Shown: one piece after another, positions 8,616 through 17,583 of the stretch
Layout: each line of letters begins with the position of its first letter
How positions within the stretch are numbered: position 1 is the stretch's first letter
NCBI GenBank assembly: GCA_046331705.1
Contig: JAXLQJ010000015.1
Coordinates: forward strand, 118,790 to 138,789
Length of the DNA stretch: 20,000 nucleotides
Direction of reading: 5' to 3'
Source of the DNA: a bacterium
GTDB lineage: Bacteria; JADJOY01
The notes under the pieces: generated by a model
The model's database searches: none
The model's input: only the letters and a program-made list of their open reading frames with translations
What the model was told of the DNA's origin: nothing
Position numbers and translations under genes: made by a program

Positions 8616-9811
8616 GCGGCTGCGCCAGCGGGTGCGGCACGTGCGGCGTTCGGCTGCGACACGCCGGCAAGCTCCTTCACGCCGAGGTCGCCGACCTGGA
8701 CGTGAAATCCGGCGATCGCGTGGTCGTGCAACTCGACCGCGGCCAGGCGCTGGCGCGAGTCGTCGCGCCGAGCCACGAACCCAAGAACAAGGTCCCCGTG
8801 CACCGGTTGCTGCGCAAGGCGAAGGACGAGGACCTGGCGCGCGAGCAACGCAACAAGCAGCGCGCCGAGGCGGCGCTCAAGCTCGCCGAGCAGAAGCTGA
8901 GGCGCCGTCGCATCGACGTGCGCTTGGTGGAGGCCGAGTACCAGCTCGACGGCAGCCGGGTGGAGATCTTCTACCTCTCCGAGGAGCGGCACGTGCCGAG
9001 CGATCTCGGTGCCGAGCTCTCGGCGGAGCTCAAGGCGCACGTGGAGCTCAAGCCGCTCGGCCCGCGCGATCGCGTCAAGCACCGAGGCGCCGTGGGGGTC
9101 TGCGGACGCGAGACCTGCTGCTCGAGCTGGATGGAGGATTTCCATCCGGTCTCGGTGAAGATGGCCAAGCTGCAGGATTTCTCGCTCAACGAGACGCGTT
9201 TGATGGGGGTGTGCGGACGCCTCAAGTGCTGCCTCGCCTACGAGAACGCGCACTACGAGTCGGTGAAGCGCGAGATGCCCAAGGTGGGTGCGTTCGTCGA
9301 CACCGAGCAGGGCGAGGCGCGGGTGTGGACGCACCACGTGTTGCGCCGCTCGATCAGCGTGCGTCTCGCGGACGGCACGCAGATCGAGTTGCCGATCCCC
9401 GAGGGCGGTTTCCCCAAGGGACGCCGAAGTCCGGGACAGGGAGCGGTTCGCGCCGCGCCCGCGGCGGCGCCCGCCGAGCGGGCGGCGGCGGCACCCGTCG
9501 AGCCCGCGCTCGCGCCGGTGGAAGAGCTCGCCGAATCGATCGCGCCGCCGGCGGCGCTCGAGCTTCCGGTGCCGATCGACTCGCTCCCGGCGGACGGGGC
9601 GGACGAAGGCGAGGGCCTCGACGGCGACGAGGGCGCGCTCGACACCACAGCAGCGGGCACCGCGTCCGCCGAGGGCGGAGCCGCCGGTGCTGCTGGCGAA
9701 GCGGGCGGCCAGCGTCGTCGCCGTCGTCGTCGCCGCCGGCGCGGCGGCGGAGGGCCAGGCGGTCAGGCGGGACCTCCTGCCGGCGGCTCGCCGCCCGCGG
9801 CCTCGGGCTGA
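8612..9811 (+). CDS. ricT: RicT/YaaT (PSP1-domain) Fe-S regulatory protein with low-complexity C-terminal tail
   Basis: ATGA overlap with the tmk stop; GVCGRETCC, VSVKMAKLQ, LMGVCGRLKCCLAYE PSP1 signature. Confidence 0.92.
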   Translation: MSGCASGCGTCGVRLRHAGKLLHAEVADLDVKSGDRVVVQLDRGQALARVVAPSHEPKNKVPVHRLLRKAKDEDLAREQRNKQRAEAALKLAEQKLRRRRIDVRLVEAEYQLDGSRVEIFYLSEERHVPSDLGAELSAELKAHVELKPLGPRDRVKHRGAVGVCGRETCCSSWMEDFHPVSVKMAKLQDFSLNETRLMGVCGRLKCCLAYENAHYESVKREMPKVGAFVDTEQGEARVWTHHVLRRSISVRLADGTQIELPIPEGGFPKGRRSPGQGAVRAAPAAAPAERAAAAPVEPALAPVEELAESIAPPAALELPVPIDSLPADGADEGEGLDGDEGALDTTAAGTASAEGGAAGAAGEAGGQRRRRRRRRRRGGGGPGGQAGPPAGGSPPAASG

Positions 9812-9898
9812 GCGGGCTCGGTCGCGGGAGCCACACCGAGCGGGCGCGCTGCCCGCGCCCGAGATCTCGATCCACCCTCCCACTCCTTCGGATCCGTC

Positions 9899-12055
9899 AT
9901 GACCTCGAATCCCGCGCCCAAGCGCACGCTCGTCACGTGTGCGCTGCCCTACGCCAATGGCGACATCCATCTGGGCCACATGGTCGAGCACGTTCTCGCC
10001 GACATCCACGTGCGCTTCCTGCGCATGCGCGGCGCGGACGTGGTCTTCCTGTGCGCGAGCGACGCCCACGGCAGCCCCATCGAGCTCAAGGCGCGCGAGC
10101 TCGGCGTCGAGCCGGCGGCCATGGTCGCCGAGTATCAGCGCGCCCACCACGCGGACCTCGAACGCTTCGGCGTTCACTACGACGAGTTCTACACGACCCA
10201 CTCCGAGGAGACGCGCAAGCACGCTCACGCGATATTCGCCGGCGCCAAGGCCGCGGGCCTCGTCTACACGAAGGACGTCGAGGGCTTCTTCTCGGAGGTC
10301 GACCAGCGCTTCCTGCCCGATCGCTGGATCCGCGGCACGTGCCCGCGCTGCGGGGCCGTGGATCAGTACGGCGATTCGTGCGAGGTGTGCGGCGCGACCT
10401 ATCGGCCCACCGAGCTGGTGAACCCGCGTTCGGCGATCAGCGGCGACACGCCGGTGCTGCGGACGTCCACCCACTATTTCCTGCGGATCTCCGAGCGCCA
10501 GGACTTCTTGCGGGAATGGGTCAACACCCCGGCGCACATGCCCGCCGCCACGCGCGGCTTCGTGAACGAATGGCTCGAGGGCGGTTTGCGCGACTGGGAC
10601 ATCAGCCGCGACGCGCCGTATTTCGGGTTCCTGATCCCCGGCGAAACCGACAAGTATTTCTACGTCTGGCTGGACGCGCCCATCGGCTACGTCGGCACCA
10701 CCGAGAAGTGGTGCAACGACCACGGCCGCCGGGTCGAGGACTACTGGAAGAGCGCCGATACGCGCATCGTCCACGTGATCGGCAAGGACATCGTGCCGTT
10801 CCACACGCTCTTCTGGCCCGCGATGCTCGACGCCGCCGGCTACACGCTGCCCGCGCGCATCCAGGTCCACGGCTTCTTGACGGTGAACGGCGAGAAGATG
10901 TCGAAGAGCCGCGGCACCTTCATCAACGCGCGGACCTTCGCCGAGCACGTCGATCCTCAGTACCTGCGCTTCTACTTCGCGTCGAAGCTGCGCGCGGAGC
11001 CCGACGATCTCGACATGCACCTCGGCACGTTGGGCGATCCCACCGATCCTGCGACGCTCGACGCCAGCAAGTCCGAGCTGGTGGAGCGCGTGAACGCCGA
11101 GCTCGTGAACAAGATCGCGAACCTCGCGAGCCGCGCGATCAAGCTGGTGCGCGAGAAGCTGGACGGCCGGCTCGGTGCGCTCCCGCCCGAGGCGGCGGAG
11201 GTGGCCGCCCGCTTCGCCAGCACGCAGAAGCCCGCCATCGCGTCCTCGTACGCCACGTTCGATCTCGCGTCGGCGCTCAAGGGTGTCGTCGAGCTCGCCG
11301 AGGCCGGGAACGCCTACTTCCAGGATTCCGCGCCATGGAAGGTGCTGGCCGTGGATCGCGAGCGCGCCCGATCGATCGCCACGCTGGGGGTCAACTACGT
11401 GGCCGTGCTCGCCGGCTTGGTGAAGCCGGTGGTGCCGGGATGGTCGGAGCGCGTCGAGCGCGCCCTCGGGATCGAGCCCGCGAGCTGGGACACCCTCGGA
11501 TTTCACCTCGAGGACCGCGCGCTCGGCGATCCCGACGCCGACATCCGCATCGATCGCATCGACCCCGCGAAGGTGAAGGCGGTCGTGCTCGCGAGCCGCG
11601 CCTCGCTGGATCGAAAACCCGAGACCCGAGCGAAGGAGATCGCCGTGGAGACCGAGAAAGCCACCGAGGTCGCGAACGTGGAGGTGGCGCCCGTCGTTCC
11701 CGCCGTGGGTGCCGAGATCACCATCGACGACTTCGGCAAGGTCGATCTGCGCGTGGGGTTGGTGAAGACCGCGTCGCTCGTCGAGGGCGCCGACAAGCTG
11801 CTCAGGCTCGAGATCGATCTCGGCGAAGGCCGCCTGCGCAACATCTTCGCCGGCATCCGCAAGCACTACGCGCCGGAGGCGCTCGTCGGCCAGCGCGTGG
11901 TGGTGGTCGCGAATCTGGCGCCCCGCAAGATGAAGTGGGGCGTGAGCGAAGGCATGGTCCTCGCCGCCACCGACGCCGCGAGCCCGAAAGGCGCGGAGCG
12001 CGTCCTCGTCCTCGGCGTGGACGGCCAGCCCGCCCCCGGCAGCACGATCAAGTAG
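9899..12055 (+). CDS. metG: Methionine--tRNA ligase with C-terminal tRNA-binding (OB) domain
   Basis: [15 protein letters not shown], zinc knuckle [39 protein letters not shown]-terminal [27 protein letters not shown]. Confidence 0.98.
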   Translation: MTSNPAPKRTLVTCALPYANGDIHLGHMVEHVLADIHVRFLRMRGADVVFLCASDAHGSPIELKARELGVEPAAMVAEYQRAHHADLERFGVHYDEFYTTHSEETRKHAHAIFAGAKAAGLVYTKDVEGFFSEVDQRFLPDRWIRGTCPRCGAVDQYGDSCEVCGATYRPTELVNPRSAISGDTPVLRTSTHYFLRISERQDFLREWVNTPAHMPAATRGFVNEWLEGGLRDWDISRDAPYFGFLIPGETDKYFYVWLDAPIGYVGTTEKWCNDHGRRVEDYWKSADTRIVHVIGKDIVPFHTLFWPAMLDAAGYTLPARIQVHGFLTVNGEKMSKSRGTFINARTFAEHVDPQYLRFYFASKLRAEPDDLDMHLGTLGDPTDPATLDASKSELVERVNAELVNKIANLASRAIKLVREKLDGRLGALPPEAAEVAARFASTQKPAIASSYATFDLASALKGVVELAEAGNAYFQDSAPWKVLAVDRERARSIATLGVNYVAVLAGLVKPVVPGWSERVERALGIEPASWDTLGFHLEDRALGDPDADIRIDRIDPAKVKAVVLASRASLDRKPETRAKEIAVETEKATEVANVEVAPVVPAVGAEITIDDFGKVDLRVGLVKTASLVEGADKLLRLEIDLGEGRLRNIFAGIRKHYAPEALVGQRVVVVANLAPRKMKWGVSEGMVLAATDAASPKGAERVLVLGVDGQPAPGSTIK

Positions 12056-12073
12056 ATCGGGTGGCGGTAACGG

Positions 12074-12526
12074 TCATCGGCGGCGTGAAGCCGAGGCGGA
12101 CGCGAGTGGATTTCGCGAACGAACGCCAGGGAAGCGGGCAAAGTCGGCATCCGTCGTCAGCAGCTCGGCGTGGTGTTCGATGGCGAGCGCCGCGAGGTGT
12201 GCGTCGGTCGTGAGATTTCCCGCGCTACCGACGCTCTCGAGCAGGTCGAACAGAATCTCGGCATGGCGCGGACCGGGCTCGACGAGAACGACTTGGGATC
12301 GTCGGAGCCATTCCTCCACCACGGAACGCACCTGGCGAATCGTCGCTGGCCGGTCGAAGACCGCGCGGTGCGTCAGAATCCGTACGAAGCCGAGAACCGC
12401 CACCCACGCGAGGCCAACCGGCTTGTCCCCGTCGAGCGACTGCTCCCACCACTTGCGCGCCGCCGGGTGGACCGGTGACTCGGCGTTGTAGGCGTGCAGC
12501 AGCAGGTTGACCTCGGGAAGGATCAC
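12074..12526 (-). CDS. vapC: VapC-family PIN-domain toxin (module 1)
   Basis: GTG 12526 overlaps the antitoxin stop (GTGA). ILPEVNLLLHA..GFVRILTH..GNLTTDAHLAALAIEH..TTDADFARFPG resembles mycobacterial-type VapC. Confidence 0.92.
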   Translation of the reverse strand: MILPEVNLLLHAYNAESPVHPAARKWWEQSLDGDKPVGLAWVAVLGFVRILTHRAVFDRPATIRQVRSVVEEWLRRSQVVLVEPGPRHAEILFDLLESVGSAGNLTTDAHLAALAIEHHAELLTTDADFARFPGVRSRNPLASASASRRR

Positions 12527-12783
12527 CGGCGCATTCTTCGCGCGTGCTCCGCAACCTCCAGCTCGTCGGCGAGCTGGTTCATTCGATCCAAGTCGAGACC
12601 CGGTCGCATTCCCAGCGAGAATGGATGCACGACGAACTTGCTCGGCTTGGTCTCGTTGCGCCGGCTTCCGAGCGCGCGGCGGAGCGCGTCGTTGACGATC
12701 GATTTCATGCCCCGCCCTGTGCGGCGGATCTCGCTGGTGAGTCTTGCGGCGACGTCCGGATCGAGCGTCAGCGTGGTTCGCAT
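12523..12783 (-). CDS. vapB: VapB-family ribbon-helix-helix antitoxin (module 1)
   Basis: 86 aa, MRTTLTLDPDVAARL..KSIVNDALRRAL..GLDLDRMNQLADELE; directly upstream of and overlapping the PIN gene. Confidence 0.9.
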   Translation of the reverse strand: MRTTLTLDPDVAARLTSEIRRTGRGMKSIVNDALRRALGSRRNETKPSKFVVHPFSLGMRPGLDLDRMNQLADELEVAEHARRMRR

Positions 12784-12818
12784 TCAAAAATCCTGATGCT
12801 CGAGTACATGCCCGTCAA
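12784..12818 (-). promoter_or_regulatory. Putative leaderless promoter of vapBC module 1
   Basis: Minus strand: TTGACG (12813-12818), 17 bp, CAGGAT (12790-12795), 6 nt, ATG. No SD. GCAT repeats overlap the promoter. Confidence 0.55.
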
Positions 12819-12985
12819 GATGCCGCCGCGAGGGGCTGGGGACACCTCGAAGAGCGCTCCGCGGTCGCCACCGCAGTCGTGCTCGCGGGCAGTGCGCCTC
12901 GATCGCGCGACTGCGGCGCAGGCGAGGCACTGGCTTCAGGGGTTCGCCTGACTCGCGCGCGAGTTTCTCGGTCGTGTCCGCGGAG

Positions 12986-13420
12986 TCAGTGCGCGAAGGG
13001 GTCACGAAGTCTGAGACCCGGGAACCGGTTGAAGTCCTTGTCGCAGGTCCAGAGCTCTTGGACCCCATGCTCCATGGCGAGCGCTGCGATGTGCGCGTCG
13101 TGAGCGAGATTGCCCGATGCTCGACCGGCGCGGACCTGACGTTCGAGATGGCTGGCGTGTCGCGCGCCTTCTCCGAGAAGGGTCAGCGACGGCGACGCGA
13201 AGAGCGCGGCAAGATCGTCCAGCACCAGCTCGAGCTCGGATGGCGGATCGAACACCCGCGGATGAGTCACGCCTCGAATGAACTCGTAGACACACGGCCA
13301 GGGGATCGCCCACGGACGATCCGACTCGGCCAGGTCCTGCAGCAGCCGCCGTGCCTCGGCGTAATGGGGTGCCTCGGTGCGTCGCGCATACACCAGGATG
13401 TTGGTGTCGATGGCGATCAC
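12986..13420 (-). CDS. vapC: VapC-family PIN-domain toxin (module 2)
   Basis: GTG 13420 overlaps the antitoxin stop. IAIDTNILVYA..VYEFIRGVTHPRVF..GNLAHDAHIAALAMEHG..TCDKDFNRFPGL; acidic catalytic residues present. Confidence 0.94.
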   Translation of the reverse strand: MIAIDTNILVYARRTEAPHYAEARRLLQDLAESDRPWAIPWPCVYEFIRGVTHPRVFDPPSELELVLDDLAALFASPSLTLLGEGARHASHLERQVRAGRASGNLAHDAHIAALAMEHGVQELWTCDKDFNRFPGLRLRDPFAH

Positions 13421-13653
13421 GTTCGGCCATCCATGAGATCGAAGAGTGCGTCGCGGTCGTCCAGCAGCACGCCGGGTTGAATCCGTCCCGATTCGACCGA
13501 CCACCGCAGCCGGTAACCCTTGGCTCTCGGCTTGATGGCGAGGTAGCTGCGCAGCGCGGCTTCGATGATCCGGCGGAGCGGCAGGTTCTCGTCTGTCGCA
13601 CGCCGCTTCGCCATGCGTAGCACTTCGTCCGGCAGCTCGATGGTCGTTCGCAT
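13417..13653 (-). CDS. vapB: VapB-family antitoxin (module 2)
   Basis: 78 aa, MRTTIELPDEVLRMAKRRA..LRRIIEAALRSYL..PGVLLDDRDALFDLMD. Confidence 0.9.
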   Translation of the reverse strand: MRTTIELPDEVLRMAKRRATDENLPLRRIIEAALRSYLAIKPRAKGYRLRWSVESGRIQPGVLLDDRDALFDLMDGRT

Positions 13654-13689
13654 GCATAAAAAAATAAGCCTGCAGATGCGTCGTCGCAA
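13654..13689 (-). promoter_or_regulatory. Putative leaderless promoter of vapBC module 2
   Basis: Minus strand: TTGCGA (13684-13689), 17 bp, TATTTT (13661-13666), 7 nt, ATG. No SD. AT-rich patch in a GC-rich background. Confidence 0.55.
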
Positions 13690-13847
13690 CCGCTGCCGAA
13701 GGGACGCGCGAGACGGCTGCCCCGTCTGGGCGGGCTGCGGGCGTGGCTCGCGACGCCGAAGCGCGCGCAATGCTCGCGCACCGCCGTGCGCCGTTCGGTT
13801 ATCTTGCGGCGATTACGCGCTGCGCCATGCGGCGCATGGACTGGAAC

Positions 13848-15299
<1,452 letters not shown>

Positions 15300-15339
15300 G
15301 CGCCCTCGCGGCGCACGGCGTCGCAGGCTCGCGGTCGCC

Positions 15340-16956
15340 TCACGGCGTGGCGGCGGATCGGTTCTCCGCGGCGCTCCACTCGGAGCGGAGCGCGACCGCC
15401 CGCGCCGGCTCCTGGGCACGAACGCGCGCCACCTCGGCAGCGACGATGTGCATGGACTTGGGCAGATTGGTTTCCTGGAGACGCACCGCGAGCCAGTTGG
15501 GCAACCCGGGCACGCTCAGGTGCAGGGACATGTGACCAATCGTCTTGCCGGTCTGCTCGTCCCGCGTGAATCGCCAGTAGCCGTCGTTGGCGTCGAAATC
15601 GCCGCGGGTCTGGCGCCACGCGTTCCAGAGCTTGGCCGGATCGCGACGGGTGCGCGTCCAGTACTCGAAGCGCGGCGCGGGCCAGCCGACGTTGGCGATG
15701 CCGTGCACGCCGAGCCCATCGGGATACGTGGCGACGGCTTCGTAGACCTCGTTCTCCTCGAACAGCCGCTGCATCACCGCCGGTTCGGTGACGATGCCGA
15801 AGAGCTCGGTCGGCGCCGCGTCGAAGAGGAAGAGCGCCTCGGCGCGTCGCTCGGACCCCGAAAGCACGATCGAGCGCGTCACCACCTGTCCCGCGACGAG
15901 CCGGGCGCGTTCGTCGGCCGTCAGCTCGGTCGGCGGCGGCACCGGCGGCAGCTCGTCCGACCGCACGGCCTCGGCGCGCACGGGTGCGGTCGACGTGGCG
16001 TGCGCCGGCGTGACACCCGCGAGGGTGAGCGCGGCGAGCAGCGCCGCCGCGGCCGCGGCGTGAATCGTGCGCGGCACGCCCAGCGAGCGCGCGATGGTCC
16101 AGCGGAAGACCCGACTCGGCAGCATCGAGCGCAGGCTCAGCACCGCCTTCGCGTCGAGGCCCACGCGATAACGCAGCCGCGGCCGCGACGCCGTGGCGGC
16201 GCGGCGGATCGTGCGGCTCACCTGGGTGGCGGCGGGCATGAGGTGGCCGAAGCGCGCCTGACGGGCCTCCACCGCCGCGACGATGTCGCGGTAGGCGCTC
16301 GCGGCGGGAGTCGCGCGCACCAGGCTGCCCTTGTCGAACTCGGTGCGGTGGGCGCCGGGCTCGACCAACGAAGTCGACACGCCGAACGGCGCCAGCTCGT
16401 AGTGCCACGCCTCGGTCAGCCCTTCGAGGCCGAATTTGCTGGCGTGGTAGGCGCCGAAGAGCGGGAACGACATGCGCCCGCCCGCCGACGACACGTTGAC
16501 GATGCGGCCCGAGCGCTGCCGCCGCATCATCGGCAGGAACGCCTTCGTGACCTCCACGACGCCGATCAGGTTGGTCTCGAGCTGGGCGCGAAGCTGCTCC
16601 GCGCTCACGTCCTCGAGGGCGCCGGCGAGGCCGTAGCCGGCGTTGTTGACCAGGACGTCGAGGCGGCCGTAGCGCGCGCCGACGTAGGAGGCGCAGCTGG
16701 CGATGCTGGCGGCGTCGGTCACGTCGAGCGGCTGCACGTCGACGTCGACCGCCGCGTCGCGCGCGGCGGCGAGCAGCGGCTCGCGCTTCGCCACGTTTCG
16801 CATCGTGGCGATCACACGGAAGCCAGCGCGCGCCAGCTCGACGGCGGTCTCGAGGCCGATGCCGCTCGAGGTGCCCGTGATGAGCGCCACTCGCGCGCCC
16901 GCCGGCTCGTTCTCGTTTCGGGTATCGGTTCCGTTCTTCGCGGTTCGGGTGCTCAT
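15340..16956 (-). CDS. Classical SDR oxidoreductase fused through a signal-peptide-like segment to a putative SRPBCC/START-like domain
   Basis: GGAG RBS before ATG 16956; TGTSSGIG, LDVTD, VNNAG, NVSS, YHASK, VEPG. After about aa 293 comes VPRTIHAAAAAALLAALTLAGVTPAHA, then a domain ending GDFDANDGYWRF..VPGLPNWL..NLPKSM. The C-terminal fold assignment is less certain than the SDR. Confidence 0.85.
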   Translation of the reverse strand: MSTRTAKNGTDTRNENEPAGARVALITGTSSGIGLETAVELARAGFRVIATMRNVAKREPLLAAARDAAVDVDVQPLDVTDAASIASCASYVGARYGRLDVLVNNAGYGLAGALEDVSAEQLRAQLETNLIGVVEVTKAFLPMMRRQRSGRIVNVSSAGGRMSFPLFGAYHASKFGLEGLTEAWHYELAPFGVSTSLVEPGAHRTEFDKGSLVRATPAASAYRDIVAAVEARQARFGHLMPAATQVSRTIRRAATASRPRLRYRVGLDAKAVLSLRSMLPSRVFRWTIARSLGVPRTIHAAAAAALLAALTLAGVTPAHATSTAPVRAEAVRSDELPPVPPPTELTADERARLVAGQVVTRSIVLSGSERRAEALFLFDAAPTELFGIVTEPAVMQRLFEENEVYEAVATYPDGLGVHGIANVGWPAPRFEYWTRTRRDPAKLWNAWRQTRGDFDANDGYWRFTRDEQTGKTIGHMSLHLSVPGLPNWLAVRLQETNLPKSMHIVAAEVARVRAQEPARAVALRSEWSAAENRSAATP

Positions 16957-17029
16957 GGCTCGTTCTCCGGAAGCGGTGCGCGGCACCGCGTGGTGGGTTG
17001 GGGAGGGCTGGGGAGGGGGATCGGAATGT

Positions 17030-17061
17030 TTCGATGTTTCGACGATTCGATAGAAATCGAA
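17030..17061. promoter_or_regulatory. Putative ArsR operator upstream of the SDR fusion
   Basis: Inverted repeat TTCGAT-agaa-ATCGAA (17046-17061), plus TTCGA copies at 17030 and 17038 (8-bp period). The same motif lies upstream of arsR. Confidence 0.7.
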
Positions 17062-17071
17062 CTATTTGGGC

Positions 17072-17096
17072 AAAAAAAACGGCCGATCACGACCGT
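17072..17096 (-). terminator. Rho-independent terminator overlapping the arsR stop codon
   Basis: Minus strand ACGGTCG-tgat-CGGCCGT hairpin (one G-U pair) running into a T-tract (A8 at 17072-17079 on +). Confidence 0.7.
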
Positions 17097-17407
17097 GCGG
17101 GCGTCGCTCCCGTGAAGAACGCCTGGAGCGCTTCGAGGGCTTCCTCGTTGACCTCGCAGCGCAGGAATTTCCCGTCCCGCTCGGTGCGCACCAGGTCGGC
17201 GTTCACCAGCTCCTTCATGTGGTGCGAGACCGTGGGCGCGCCGATGCTGAGCCGTTCCACGATCGCCGTGAGCGAGCAGCTCGCATCCGGCTGATAGCCC
17301 ACACCCGACGCCCGTGCGCGCAGCATCTCGGTGAAGAGCTGAAAGCGGTTCGGGTTGCCGAGCGCCTTGAACATCTTCACCAAGCGGGCATCGGGCTTCG
17401 CGGTCAT
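17087..17407 (-). CDS. ArsR/SmtB-family transcriptional regulator
   Basis: KMFKALGNPNRFQLF, LSIGAPTVSHHMKELVNADLVRTERDGK winged HTH, 106 aa. Confidence 0.93.
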   Translation of the reverse strand: MTAKPDARLVKMFKALGNPNRFQLFTEMLRARASGVGYQPDASCSLTAIVERLSIGAPTVSHHMKELVNADLVRTERDGKFLRCEVNEEALEALQAFFTGATPARS

Positions 17408-17514
17408 CGTGGGCTCGGCTCGGGGGGCTCGTTGGTGCGGGGGTTCGGTGCTGGCGTGTTGCTTGGCCGCGCGTCGCGGCCGTCTTGCCGGCTGTGGTGC
17501 GCGGCGTTGATCAT

Positions 17515-17555
17515 TTCGATAGTTCGATATTAGTCGAAGTGATGCTTCGTGTCAA
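17515..17555 (-). promoter_or_regulatory. Sigma70 promoter of arsR with overlapping operator
   Basis: Minus strand TTGACA (17550-17555), 17 bp, TAATAT (17527-17532). Inverted repeat TTCGA-n6-TCGAA (17523-17538) covers the -10; an extra TTCGA lies at 17515. Confidence 0.8.
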
Positions 17556-17583
17556 CTGGCGTTCGCCGCTTCGCGCCGCCAGC

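Noticed and set aside
9713-9742. (CGT/CGC)n trinucleotide run as a microsatellite or contingency locus
   Set aside because: Mixed Arg codons encoding poly-Arg in frame; a protein-level feature.
8297-12213. 1189-aa minus ORF and 1193-aa plus ORF
   Set aside because: Antisense and off-frame shadows of ricT-metG, with no domain motifs.
12056-13847. Mobile element carrying the TA pairs
   Set aside because: No transposase, integrase, terminal inverted repeats or target-site duplication recognised by eye.
17030-17061. TTCGA repeats as a tRNA T-loop remnant or CRISPR repeat
   Set aside because: No cloverleaf and no repeat-spacer periodicity; better explained as an operator shared with 17515-17538.
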